This document shows, in pieces, positions 1 through 47,226 of a stretch of 64,000 nucleotides of DNA. A program made the position numbers and the translations under genes. A model generated the notes under the pieces. That model was given only the letters and a program-made list of their open reading frames with translations, was not told where the DNA came from and did not search any database. Within the stretch, counting starts at the first letter, position 1; each line of letters starts with the position of its first letter. Source of the DNA: Amoebidium appalachense (lineage: Eukaryota; Protista; Ichthyosporea); the NCBI GenBank assembly GCA_963693365.1, contig CAVNZM010000001.1, positions 17,718,783 to 17,782,782 of the forward strand, read 5' to 3'.

Positions 1-634
1 CCCACCGCATCCAGTGATTTCGATTGGGTTCTACTGATTCAAGGATAACAACCGTGGGTTTCAAATCATGGCCTGCGACGAAATCCAAGATTTTAGGAGA
101 GTGTGTTCTTATCCCTCCATAATCCTCATTCACTTACCTAGTGGCATATTAATGATGCTTGGTAGAAGCATGCTTTTGTTGTCGATGCATGACATCGACT
201 TGGCCCTCCTCCTCTGATGGGGTTGGGAAAGCGTAAGTGTGATAGGAAACTCCAAATGGCACAGTAAGAGAGTAAACAAAAAACGAAGCTTTACCGTCAA
301 ACGTACCAACATATTAATAGGAGCACAAAACTGCTCTTTGGGTTGTGATCAGGCATATACTTTAAAAAAAAAATCAGAGAAGGGCAAAGTGTCGCAACTT
401 ACCCTTTCCCAAGAAAATACATCGAGCAAGCATTGCACCACAGACTAGTTGCTTCCCAACATCACATCTCACCTTCCCCATGGGTGAGCCCAGCACTTTC
501 TGTGTTGCTGTAGTACCCGTGTTGAGCGACCTGGCTCTTGAAGCCGCGTTTGACTCCTCATCGGCACCCTCCACTCTGCCTGGTGCCCCACTGAAAGACT
601 TTGGTCTCCGCAGGAAATTACGAATGGAATCCAT
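1..634 (-). CDS. Partial spliced gene, hypothetical protein (5' part; runs off the window start)
   Basis: ATG at 634. Exons 473-634, 138-213 and <1-72 join in frame through GT-AG introns (GTGAGA and GTAAGT donors): MDSIRNFLRRPKSFSG...PMGK/RRRAKSMSCIDNKSMLLPSIINMPL/GHDLKPTVVILESVEPNRNHWMRW. No recognised domain. Confidence 0.55.
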
Positions 635-2005
635 TTTCTTTCGAGTAGAATAAAAAGTAGGGGGTGATGGAGTGTGATTGCTAGATGTTATCCGTACAAA
701 CTTTAGCTGAAGGGAAATTTCGCTACGGCTAAGACCTACTTCACGTTGTTGCGATAACAAACTTTGCTTCCAAACTGTTGTTTAAGCAACTCTTGAGGTA
801 TTTGTTGGAAAGACAAGAGCCCAAAACCCTTGTTTTCTATTTCTGTTGACGGTTGAACTATACGGGCATGTTTACAGTATTACTTCAACCCAACGGGTTC
901 AGTTAGCAGTGAAAAACTAAAAATGTGTTAAAAAAACTGTATAAAGCAATGTCACAAGCAAAAAACTCCCCGCATGCAAAACGTCACGAGGAACACCACA
1001 CGCAACACTGACCGAAGACAAACTGAAACGAAGAATAGTGCACAGAGTGACAGATTCATAGCAAAAAAAGCACACATTCACTCTGGCTGACTTAACACCA
1101 ATCAAACTGTCCCATATTGTGCCGCGCAATGTAATTGGCTGGAATCGCACCCATTTCTCTTGAAAACCCTGAGATCGTGGCATCGGAGTGGATGAATAGG
1201 TTGCGTTAGCTGATAATAATGGGCGATGAACATGCGTGTCCAACTTCAATGCTCAGTTGTTGGCTCCTACAACGTGAAAAAGTCAAAAGTGCCGTGTGTG
1301 TTGCATCAGCTGCGTAAATTTACAGATCATAAGAAAACAAACTGTATTCTCTTTATAAAAGATAACATTATTAATCTGAATTTAACAAGTGCCAGGTGCG
1401 AAAAATTTGTTTCTTTGAGGCCGCAGGCCTGTTGAAATTTCCGGGTGCAAACATGCCATGGGTGAGATCACTGACGTGACCGAAGAAGAGAAGACAACGA
1501 CTGGTGGGGTGTGCGTGTGGTTCTGTACGTGTGCGTCCACACGTGTATGCGTGTGCGTGTTGGGGGTATGGGATACTTGTAGCCTCTGCCAAAACAGCAC
1601 ACACTGCATTTTTGACACCAAGCAATCATACAAACACAGAACACGAAGTACTGCAATATTTTGTACGTGCTACTGGCCCGCCAGTGCATGCATTCCTCTC
1701 TGCAGCAGACCTCTATTTATTGTCCTTCATTCAATATCGAAATCCACTAAACGTTCATACCAGAGTAATGACATCATTCGTTCTAAAGTGCGTATATCCA
1801 TTGCTGGAGCTTGTGGTGATGCTACAGGCAAACCTCGTGTGCAACAAAATCACAAAGGGCTTATAAATCTTGAAGTGACCTGACTAACAAACCAAAGAGA
1901 TAGTGCGGTGTTCCTAGCATGATGGGCACATGAACAGAAACAATTCACTGTTTTTCACACCAGGACGAATACTATTGTGTTGTAGAGAACAACACCTGCA
2001 GCATA

Positions 2006-8575
<6,570 letters not shown>

Positions 8576-8714
8576 CTTCGAAAAGTGGCTCAACTTCACA
8601 GCTGGTCCTGTGTTGAAACTAGCCAGGGATATGTAAAAAAATAAAACAAAAAAAACCTACAATTGCACTATGTAGCCTGACATCAGTGAGGTGTACTAAC
8701 AAACACTGTGACAG

Positions 8715-8790
8715 TGTGACGTAATCAGCGTCACGTGACATCATACGCGCCATTGATTGGTCGCATTTTGGCGCGAAAAGTTTTGGCTCG
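8715..8790. promoter_or_regulatory. Probable bidirectional promoter core between CFAP20 and the SNF2/BRG1 gene
   Basis: Lies in the 714-bp gap between the divergent ATGs. Contains TGACGTAA (CRE/ATF-like, 8717), GTCACGTGAC (palindromic E-box, 8730), ATTGG (reverse CCAAT, 8756) and TTTTGGCGCGAAAA (E2F-type, 8766). Confidence 0.6.
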
Positions 8791-9289
8791 AGGGACTTGC
8801 GACTTGCAATCTCTCCGCCTGAAGCAACACATAAACACAGCTCACAAACACAGAGCTGCCAGAGGGTTACAACAGGACATGTACATGTGCCACAGGCCTG
8901 TACAGCCAATACTTTCCGAACACTAGCTATGAAGTAGATACATCTCACTGAAGCTGGCGATTTTAGTCTTTGCGCACACAGAAAACACAGCCAGTTTTTT
9001 TTTTTCGCAAGGAGCCGAGCGAGCTCACAGAAAGTAACTTTGCGCATACTTCTAGACATATTGGACAACCAATTGCCAATAATTTTGTGGGCAAAAATAA
9101 TTCAATCAGACGTTCATTATAACCTCATTCAGGCCTTCAGAAGGAACTACAGAACGATTTTCACGTCACACACATCGTTCCATTCTCTTATACGTATACA
9201 ACATAGTAGCTCGGGAGGCTTGTGAGGAACAACCAAGGGAGTTTTGCTCAGATGCCCATGGAAGGCGCTCTCGCACGCACCAACCAAAT

Positions 9290-37306
<28,017 letters not shown>

Positions 37307-37903
37307 AGGAAAATCGAGGTTGTTGTTTGTGCAAGCTGGGGTGTCCGATGAGCATGCATAATGGAACTGGGCTGGACTTTTTTGTAGTTACCCTTCGATG
37401 TGTACGATTGAAATAATCGAAAAAAGCCGATGTGCGCACACAAATGTACTAATATGCGGCTTGTTCTTAACGTTGCTTACCATCGTACATTAGCACTTCA
37501 CCCTCTCAGAAACTAGCGCTCACTTATCCCTGGCCTTACATGCACGTATATTACTAACACTTCTAATGCACAAAGCGCGGTGCAACTTTGTACTCTACTA
37601 AAACAGTTACTTCTGTGCTAGACAAATGATGGTCTGTGCTGTCACCTCGCTTTGTCTTCGTATTATTAGGACTCTCCGTATGTGGGCCATAGAAATGCTT
37701 TGCTACTGATACTGCGAATGTTTATGATTTCCTTTTCTGCTGCCTCTAGATTATAGTAACGGTAAATTTGGAATATCGTTCATTGGTTGTGTCCGTGACG
37801 CAACTCAATAAGAGCTGCCCAAGAATCGAGCAGAGAACTCCAGCTTGCTACTCCGGGGTGCACATGTGAGTGTCATCCTGCATTACCGTGCCGTGCCCCC
37901 GCG

Positions 37904-37940
<37 letters not shown>

Positions 37941-38245
37941 CCCTACCTGCCCTCCCCCCTCCCCTCCCCCCCACCCCCCCCACCCCCTCCCCCCGGTTGT
38001 GTTGCGTGTGTGCCGTGTGTTTAACACAGTATGCACATGTGTGTGTCATGATGTGTGCCTGTGTGTGTGCGCGTGTGTGCTTGTGTTGAAGTGTGTGTCT
38101 GTCGAAAGTATCACGTGTTAATTACCGTTTTTACGGACGTTTGATTGCCCACGACGGTTTTTTTAACGGTGTGTGCATGTACGTGTGTGCGCGCGTGCAT
38201 GTGAGCAAGTGTAAAAATGTACGTGTGTGTGCGTGCCTGTGGTCT

Positions 38246-38300
<55 letters not shown>

Positions 38301-38944
38301 CGTGTGCGCAAGTGTGTGCCCGAGTGTGTCCTCCCTCCGTCTTTACTGGGCTCTGTTATAGATGTCTTTGTCTTGTTTAGAAGTTTTGCGGTGGTGTTTG
38401 CATGTGCGCGAGTGTGTGCGTGTGTGTGTGTGTTGGGGGGGGAGGGAGGGGGAGGGGGGAAGGGGGGAGGGGGGGGGGGGAGGGGGGGAGGGGGGAAGGG
38501 GGGCTTGTGTGCGTGTGTTGTGTGCACGGGCGTATAGGTGTTTGTGTGTGTCCTTGAAACACCAAGTATGTGGGAAGGGATATAAAGTGGCAATGTATAA
38601 TGCACAGACCTGGTTTAGGGGCATGCACATCTTTTATAAACTAAAGTTATCCGTTGGTCCAGCCAACCCAAGAGTTGATACAAAAAGCAGAAACTTCAAA
38701 TAATTAATGTGTTATGCTGGCTTTTGGAAAGCCAGCGGCTACAATACCAGGCACAGGCTCGATCTAGCTAAGGGCAGGTGCGCATGCAGCGTATGCTGCG
38801 CACTCTCTTTGGTTACAACTTACCGTGCCTGGCCCCTATTAATGCATATTCACAGTGTGCTTACGTACATTAAGCAAAAAAAAATTGAAACAATTCAGAA
38901 AATAAAACGAATTTAGCACAGACTAATAAGGGCTCCAAGCACCT

Positions 38945-39670
38945 TTACAGGAGCATGGCAGCCACAGCGGCCACCAGGGCGATGGCGCCCGGGGCGGCAG
39001 CAGCGGCAGAGTTTGCCTTGCGGGCAGCCTCCTCGACGGCCTGGACCTTGTTGACGGGCACAACAACATCCACGTACGTGGCCGTGGGCTCGGCCGTGGG
39101 GGCCTCCGTGGTGGGCTTGGGGGCCTCAGTGGTGGGCTTGGGGGCCTCGGTGGTGGGCTTGGGGGCCTCGGTGGTGGGCTTCACGGTTTCGGACGTGGGC
39201 TTGGGGGCCTCAGACGTGGGCTTGGGGGCCTGGGTGGTGGGCTTGGGGGCCTGGGTGGTGGGCTTGGGGGCCTGGGTGGTGGGCTTGGGGGCCTGGGTGG
39301 TGGGCTTGGGGGCGGGGGCGGCATCGAAATTAATGGAGACAAAGGCCTTGATGCCCATCATCTCAACCACGGGGCCAAGACACTGGCCAGAGGTGCCGGT
39401 CTGGGTCAGGTCGGAGGAGGCCGAGCAGGCACCGTCGGTGTAGCGGGTGAATACCACCTTGTCGCCGTTCATGGACAGCTTGTAGCTCCACGGCAGCATG
39501 GCCACGGGGGCCTTCTGGCAGGCGTTAAGGGGCACGCTCAGGCACTTGGCGTCGATGACGCCCGGCACCACGGGCGCGGGGACGGTGCACCCACTGTCGG
39601 TGAAGATGCACACCTGGGGGTTGGCGGCGGCCGCAATGGCGGCGGTAGCGGCGAGAACGGCGAACTTCAT
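38945..39670 (-). CDS. Secreted, probably GPI-anchored mucin-like surface protein, paralog A (241 aa, intronless)
   Basis: Signal peptide MKFAVLAATAAIAAA, a 6-Cys globular domain, ten 7-aa repeats (APKPTT[Q/E], 21-bp units) and a GPI-type tail (NSAAAAAPGAIALVAAVAAMLL). Very strong C/G third-position codon bias. Confidence 0.9.
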   Translation of the reverse strand: MKFAVLAATAAIAAAANPQVCIFTDSGCTVPAPVVPGVIDAKCLSVPLNACQKAPVAMLPWSYKLSMNGDKVVFTRYTDGACSASSDLTQTGTSGQCLGPVVEMMGIKAFVSINFDAAPAPKPTTQAPKPTTQAPKPTTQAPKPTTQAPKPTSEAPKPTSETVKPTTEAPKPTTEAPKPTTEAPKPTTEAPTAEPTATYVDVVVPVNKVQAVEEAARKANSAAAAAPGAIALVAAVAAMLL

Positions 39671-40749
39671 TTTGAATTGTTAGAAAGAGATGGAAAGTGA
39701 GCGAGGTGGTTATAGTTAAAAAGCACTGTGTAACTGCAGGCAGCGGCGGAATGAGTTCAATTACCCCTTGGACGGCTGTTTTGTACTACCACTCAGTTTC
39801 AAAGCGGCGATGACTATTGGCCAATTATCACGATGTAGGCTTATTTTTAGAAATTCCAATGTTTTTGGAGAATTCAAGGATCTGGCCACAGATCTGCTCT
39901 TCATAGAAATGCAAGGGGTGATCATCACTTCCATTCCTCCGAACTTACCACGACTGGAAAGCTTGTGTATTTAGTATTTCGTAATTCCCCCCTCCTTCTT
40001 TTTAAACCCCAGCAAAAAGCGTACTTATTGCTGCATGATTTGAACGGGCAGCCCAATCTTCATCACATGCACAATTTTCCTTATGTACATGTACAGCTAC
40101 ATGAGCCGTCGACAAATATAGATAGCCGGTCCAGTTGCAGTACTACCCTGGCGGCCACATGTCTTGTCAAAGCGCACTTGAAGTAGTCCGTCCACTCACC
40201 TTGCCCTTTCAAAGATAGCGGTTCTAAGCCACTACGATTCACAGCACACGTGCCTGTACATCAAGGTACCGGGGCATGAACTGGCCATGGTGAGTCAGTA
40301 CGCCACGATGTCGTTCGTTGGCGGCTGTGCGACATGTACTGGCACACAAATGTCACATGCATGACATTGATGTTCCAGTTTTCATCAAACAACAATAAAT
40401 TGCTTTAAAATAGCGGATAAATGCCAGCTGAAGATGGACAGGGATTCTTCAGGGCATATTTCTTTCTGCAGTGTAAATGAAAGGGTGTATGCACATCGGC
40501 GGCGGTTCTCCGAATTCAAGATCTGGTAACACAAAGGGTCCCGGGCCTTCAGTGATTTGGAGCCAATTGCCTCGCTTCTAAATATTTAGACTAAATTAGA
40601 TTCAAGATTCGCATGCAAAGAGCGGAATTGTAAGAATTGAGATGTTTATACTGGGGTAAAGATGTCTTTGAGCCATAATATTGGGGGGGGGAAACAAAAA
40701 CTACTAAAAATAAATAATGGGATGTAAAAACGTTGATTAGTAGCAAGCT

Positions 40750-40962
40750 GCATGAGTCAGCATGACTACAGAGTCAACGGTTGAATGACTCGGTGGCGGC
40801 GCTTTCTGTTGGCTGCTTAAAGATCTTATCCTGACCAATCATAGCGTAACACATTGCTGATTGGCTAATATTCAAGATGCGATCTGGTTGGCTATGATTG
40901 CACGACTAGGCTACCAATCACCCCATGCTTACGGTTTCCACACGTTCGCATGCGTATAAATT
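40750..40962 (+). promoter_or_regulatory. Promoter of paralog B
   Basis: TGAGTCA (AP-1-like, 40753), CCAAT/ATTGG at 40835, 40860 and 40914, and TATAAA at 40955, about 70 bp upstream of ATG 41027. Confidence 0.55.
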
Positions 40963-41026
40963 GGGCGCCACCGCTTTCACATTCATCACAAGTACCCAGG
41001 TACACTGTGCATACACATCCAAAAAA

Positions 41027-41752
41027 ATGAAGTTCGCCGTGCTCGCCGCCACCGCCGCCATTGCGGCCACCGCCAACCCTCAGGTGTGCATCTTCACCGA
41101 CAATGGCTGTGCCGTCCCCGCGCCCGTGGTGCCGGGCGTCATTGACGCCAAGTGCCTGAGCGTGCCCCTCGACGCCTGCCAGAAGGCCCCCGTGGCCATG
41201 CTGCCGTGGAGCTACAAGCTGTCCATGAACGGCGACAAGGTGGTCTTCACCCGCTACACCGACAGTGCCTGCTCGGCCTCCTCCGACCTGACCCAGACCG
41301 GCACCTCTGGCCAGTGCCTTGGCCCCGTGGCTGAGATGATGGGCATCAAGGCCTTCATCTCCGTTAAGTACGATGCTGCCCCCGCCCCCAAGCCCACCAC
41401 CCAGGCCCCCAAGCCCACCACCCAGGCCCCCAAGCCCACCACTGAGGCCCCCAAGCCCACCACCGAGGCTCCCAAGCCTACGTCTGAGTCCGTGAAGCCC
41501 ACCACCGAGGCCCCCAAGCCCACCACCGAGGCCTCCAAGCCCACCACCGAGGCCCCCAAGCCCACCACTGAGGCCCCCAAGCCCACCACGGAGGCCCCTA
41601 CGGCCGAGCCCACTGCCACGTACGTGGATGTTGTTGTGCCCGTCAACAAGGTCCAGGCCGTCGAGGAGGCTGCCCGCAAGGCAAACTCTGCCGCTGCTGC
41701 CGCCCCTGGCGCCATCGCCCTCGTGGCCGCTGTCGCTGCCATGCTCCTGTAA
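41027..41752 (+). CDS. Secreted, probably GPI-anchored mucin-like surface protein, paralog B (241 aa, intronless)
   Basis: Inverted paralog of 38945-39670 with the same length. The start is placed at ATG 41027 (AAAAAAATG), downstream of the TATA box, not at 40925 as in the ORF track. Confidence 0.9.
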   Translation: MKFAVLAATAAIAATANPQVCIFTDNGCAVPAPVVPGVIDAKCLSVPLDACQKAPVAMLPWSYKLSMNGDKVVFTRYTDSACSASSDLTQTGTSGQCLGPVAEMMGIKAFISVKYDAAPAPKPTTQAPKPTTQAPKPTTEAPKPTTEAPKPTSESVKPTTEAPKPTTEASKPTTEAPKPTTEAPKPTTEAPTAEPTATYVDVVVPVNKVQAVEEAARKANSAAAAAPGAIALVAAVAAMLL

Positions 41753-42699
41753 ATCACACGCCGTGTAAGATGTATAACAGCACTACGACGGTGCGCACTT
41801 TCGTAGCTGCAAGCGGTTCATAGTGTTGGTTCTGGGTGCTCAAGTTAATATATGGTTAAACATGTGTGATAAGCCAGTTGCGTTTAGGGACGATCGCGGG
41901 ATTCGCGGCGCAGCTAACGGCTGGTCCGTGTGGAAAAATAAAAACAAATAATGTGAATAATAAACTGTACCCAGAATGATATTTCTTCATTATGAGGTAC
42001 ATGTTTTTTCAATACTGCAATAGGGACAGGGAGCCATAAACTTCGGTCGTGATCAGCTATGGCACCTCTCCATTGCCCCAGCATGCACATGTGGTCTGCC
42101 CCTTGTGCAAAGGGTTTTAAGGACTGTTGCATTGGGAATGATGTTCTTGTAAAGGTGAAGAGCTCGAAACCCAAGGGCTTAGTTAGAAGGGAGGCAGTGA
42201 GAGAGGGGGATGGGGGGGGAAGGGAGGACAGAGTGGATAGTGGTGGTGGTTGGGGGGGGGGGGGGGGGGAGGGAGGGTCACGGGGATACACCGATATTAT
42301 GAGAACCAAGAGTGGCGGGAAGACGTGCGGATGCCGGGGGGAGGGGGGGGGGGGGGGGGAGGGGGGGGAGACGTGGTGGGGATGACGTTGGAGAGAAAGA
42401 GGAGAGGGTGTCAGACACAAGAGATTCTAGGAATAGTGATGGAAAGGGAGAAATAGTCTTTGAGAGCGGAGAGCGGAGAGAGGACGGAATACTCTGGGGA
42501 TCTCGGAAATAGGCGGTGTACGTAGCCTAAGGATATGTCACGTGTGTCGGCGATGAGAATGCTCATGTGTTTACATGCGTGTGTTCAGGTAGCAGGTCTT
42601 GATTTGTTTTAGGTTTGTGCAGAAATGTACTTGCATGATGCATGCTGTGTACGCACACTATGGCACGAAATTTGCTAGCTGTGAGTTGCTGTGTACATA

Positions 42700-43052
42700 T
42701 GCATGTTTGCCAGTGGTACCGTGTGCATACTTGCCCCTGGTACTGTTGTGCATGTGTCGATAGTACTGTGACACGCATTGCCTTCCGTACTATGTGCATG
42801 CAAGCCGATGGTACTGTGTGCATACATGCCCTCCGTACTATGTGCATGCCGCGGCAAGCCGATGGTACTGTGTGCATACGTGCCCTCCGTACTATGTGCA
42901 TGCAAGCCGATGGTGCTGTGTGCATACATGCCCTCCGTACTATGTGCATGCAAGCCGATGGTACTGTGTGCATACTTGCTCCCGGTACTATGTGCATGTG
43001 TGCCGCGATGGTACTTTGTGTATTCCGAAGTCTCGATACTGTGTGCCGGTGT

Positions 43053-43099
<47 letters not shown>

Positions 43100-43960
43100 G
43101 TGGGGTTGTGTACTTGTGTGTGGAGGGGGGCAAGGGGGGATGGGGGCAGGTATGGGGGGTGGGTGTGTCTGGGTGTATTTGGGTGTGTGAGTGGTGCTAC
43201 TGTGACATGTCACTGTGTGCGTATCACCCGAAGGCACTGTGTACATCTCTGTGTACATACTTGCCCCGGCACTGTATGCATGTGTACCGACGGTAATTTA
43301 CCCCGGTACTGTGTGCATGTGTGGTGATGTTCCTGTGTGCATCACGTCTGCCGATGGTACTTTGTGCATGTGTATCGATGGTACTGTGTGCATTTGTATC
43401 GATAACATACTGTATGCATGTGTGCCAAAAGTATGGTGTGCATACATGTTTTTGGTACTATGTGCATGCAAGCCGATGGTACTGTGTGCATACATACCCT
43501 CCGTACTATGTGCATGCAAGCCGATGGTACTGTGTGCATACATGCCTTCCGTACTATGTGCATGCAAGCCGATGGTACTGTGTGCATACATGCCCTCCGA
43601 CTATGTGCATGCCGCGGCAAGCCGATGGTACTGTGTGCATACGTGCCCTCCGTTCTATGTGCATGCAAGCCGATGGTTCTATGTGCATACATGCCCTCCG
43701 TACTATGTGCATGCAAGCCGATGGTACTGTGTGCATACGTGCCCTCCGTACTATGTGCATGCAAGCCGATGGTTCTATGTGTACATGCCCTCCGTACTAT
43801 GTGCATGCAAGCCGATGGTTCTATGTGCATACATGCCCTCCGTACTATGTGCATGCAAGCCGATGGTACTGTGTGCATACTTGCTCCCGGTACTGTGTGC
43901 ATGTGTGCCGCGATGGTACTTTGTGTCTTCCGAAGTCTCGATACTGTGTGCCGGTGTGCG
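42700..43960. repeat. 48-bp minisatellite (dimer of related 24-bp halves) in two blocks
   Basis: Unit GCCGATGGTACTGTGTGCATACAT-GCCCTCCGTACTATGTGCATGCAA. Blocks at about 42780-43052 and 43450-43958, both ending in CCGAAGTCTCGATACTGTGTGCCGGTGTG. Confidence 0.9.
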
Positions 43961-44224
43961 GGTGGTACCTTGCCATGGCGAGCCAGTCATACGTAGTAAT
44001 TACAATACCCCCCCCCCCCCCCACCACCACCACCACCACCACCACCACTCCAAGATTACCACCATTACCTTAAATCCCCCCCCCCCCCCCCACACACACA
44101 CACACACACATACACACACGCACATTTGCAGAAACAATATATCAGTACGTATCAGCAAAATAAGAGTGCGACGGCTTCTGTGTGTGTATATACATGTTTT
44201 GTGTGTGTTTTGTTGTGTGTGTGT

Positions 44225-44267
<43 letters not shown>

Positions 44268-45441
44268 GGGGAGGGGAGGGGGAGGGGGGTTGTGTACTTA
44301 TGTGTGGAGGGGGGGGTAAGGGGGGATGGGGGCAGGTATGGGGGGTGGGTGTGTCTGGGTGTATTTGGGTGTGTGAGTGGTGTTGTGGTTTGTGAGGGGG
44401 AGGAAAGGGGGGTAACCGGGGTTGTGGGCGAGGAGGGGTGGAAGTTGGGCAGGAAGGGCTGGTCGTAGTGGTGGTGGTGGTGGCGGTGGAGGGGGGGAGG
44501 GGGGAGGGGGGGGGGGAGGGGGGAGGGGGGGTTCGCTTCCTCCAATTGAATACCACGACTGCAAGATACCTTTACTTTTGGAATCGCACGTATTCTTTGC
44601 GTGGCTTCAACATGTGATGTGGTGAAAACTGAACGACTAGCTAACGGACCAGTCTGGCCGCACCGGCTGGCTCTAGACGCACACACCAGCAGTTATTTAT
44701 TGTAATTATGACTTTGTCCCCTATGCCTTCTGACAACTCCCAATGCCCCCTCACCACTCAACTTTATACAAAACCTTTTACCGTCTCCTCCCTACCTGTT
44801 GTCATGAAAGCCTGAGCCAAACAGCCGTCTCCCCCCCCCCCCTCCCCCCCCCCCCCCCCCCCCCCACCCACCCACCCACCCTCCGTGTTTGCCTTGTAAC
44901 CTAGGTTAAATAATTGGCTGGGTCATGTTTCTCTCGTTCTCCAGATCCCCCCTTTTCTCCTTAATCAACGGAAGTTCAAATTGCAACCCAGGCCCAAAGT
45001 CTGCATCAGTCCCCCCCTTCCACCCCCCCCCCCCCCCCCCCCCCCCCTCTCCCCCCCCCTCCTCCCCCTCCCCCCTCTCCTCCTCCACCCAACATCTCAG
45101 GTCCCTTGATGGGGCTTCCCCTAGCGCCTCACATTTTTCGCATTATGACAACCACTATCCCCTCTAGCATTCCTATGCACGGGACGTGGGCATGGTACAC
45201 AGACTTCCACGATATTTGACTCCTCTTCCCCGCCCCCTCCCCCCCCCCCCCCCCCCCCGCCCTCCCCTTCCCCAGGGCGCCCCTACATTCTCTTTGTCAT
45301 AGTAGCCCGAGCTCAAAGCTACTGAGGTTGAACCCCAAACCCCCTTTTTCCCCCTTCCCCCTTTTTCCACTCCACACACACACACAACTATCCCCCTAAT
45401 TTGCCTGGTGGCCTGGTTAGGCACAATAATGGCTAACCCCC

Positions 45442-45533
<92 letters not shown>

Positions 45534-45675
45534 GCACGCACGCACGCACTCACACCCACGTGTACGTGCACACTTGAGGCATGGTAGCTCATTGAGGTCA
45601 ACATTAATGCTGAACCCCCTCAGCCTGGGCTAATCTTGGCCCAAAGCTGTTGCCAACATCCCTTCCCTCCTCGGA

Positions 45676-45710
<35 letters not shown>

Positions 45711-45879
45711 CCCCCCCCCCCCCCTCCTCCCACCCACCCAACCTTTGTTTACTCCCCTCACCTGACCCGGTGGGACAACCCGAGCCGAAAGCTTACATCA
45801 ACATCCCCCCCCCCCCCCCCTCTCCCCCTCCCCCCTCACACCCCCACCCCACCCACCCACCCACCCACCACCACCACCA

Positions 45880-45914
<35 letters not shown>

Positions 45915-46056
45915 AACAAACAAAAAGAAAAGAAAAGAAAAAGAAAAGTAAAAAGAAAAGGAAAAAAAAACACATTTTGTACCCTGCTCCCCACCTGCAC
46001 CTTGTGTCTCTGTTACGAGGGGCAGCAACCAAGTTCTTTCCCCCCTGGCCTCCCCC

Positions 46057-46113
<57 letters not shown>

Positions 46114-46302
46114 TCCCCCCCTCCTCCCCCCCCCCCCCCTCCTCCGGGTCTTCCCAAAGGGCTCACCTCCCACGCCTAAATGCACACTCTTAGAAACACA
46201 CGTCACAAACACACGGACTGGGTGCACATTCTCCCCTCATCATCAACGGCAAAAACTCATAGTCCCCCTTTCTCTCTCTCTCCCCCCCACTCCCCCCCCT
46301 CC

Positions 46303-46340
<38 letters not shown>

Positions 46341-47087
46341 CGCTCCCCAGCACACACACGCACACACACAAACACACACTGTGTCTCCAGGTGTCAACTG
46401 TTAACTGCACACGTCAAAACGGTAGAATGGGTAGATGCAAATTAGAAGTATTAGCCAGTTCCCCTACACTATCATCACCGAGCCCCCCTGGTAATTTGTC
46501 GAAAGAGCAGCCAAAAGGAGGCACCGGGAGGAGGGGGGGAGGGAAGTGTGTGTGTGGGGGGGGGGGGGGAGGGGGGGCGCTTGGAGGGGGGGGGGGGGGG
46601 GGGAGGGGCTTGTATGCCTCTACTGTTTTACCTTTTGCCATTCCCCTCCCCTTGATCCCCCCCCCCCACCACCAAATTTTAAACATCCACCCTGTTCATC
46701 CCCTGTCCTCCTCCTGCCATCTTCCCACAACCCACACACATTTTACCACCCCTCTCACCCTTATCCACATATACACAACACACACACACAGCCATTAACA
46801 TAGTACACACCACACAACACATCACTCACATGCACCCACCCACACGCACACACACGACACGTGCACACATGCACACGCACACCACACACTCCATACAAAC
46901 ATACACACACACACACGCGGGCGCGCGCACACACACACACACAACGTGACCTGCGCAGAACCGAACATGTACTGACCATAAGCATTGGAAAGGGAGAGAG
47001 CTTATCAACTGCAGGCAAAGGGGGGGGGAGGGGGGGGGGGGGGGGGGGAGGGGGACAGCTGAGAAGTCAGGAGCACGTGGGATAAGC

Positions 47088-47226
47088 AAGATATGACAGC
47101 TATCATAGTATACCCCTTGTTTATCTCTGGTGTTTTCAGGATACTCGAGATATGACAAATGTATTTCTTGTATATCTCAGGTGTTTACAGGATATGCTAG
47201 ATATGACAGAGCTATCATAGTATACC
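47088..47226. repeat. 112-bp satellite (61+51 sub-units), left part, interrupted by a LINE
   Basis: GATATGACAGAGCTATCATAGTATACCCCTTG... units, which resume in register at 49358. Confidence 0.85.

Noticed and set aside
917-1883. Possible small plus-strand spliced gene (PVEISGCKHAMGEITDVTEEEKTTT...)
   Set aside because: Splice-like sites exist, but the upstream segment has an in-frame stop, no start and no homology. It may be UTR or non-coding.
38955-39443. Antisense ORFs over the mucin genes (also 41254-41757)
   Set aside because: Shadow frames caused by GC3 bias and the repeats.
42642-44468. Long Cys/His/Met-rich ORFs, or a CRISPR-like array
   Set aside because: Contiguous tandem minisatellite without unique spacers, open in several frames, in a eukaryotic context with no cas genes.
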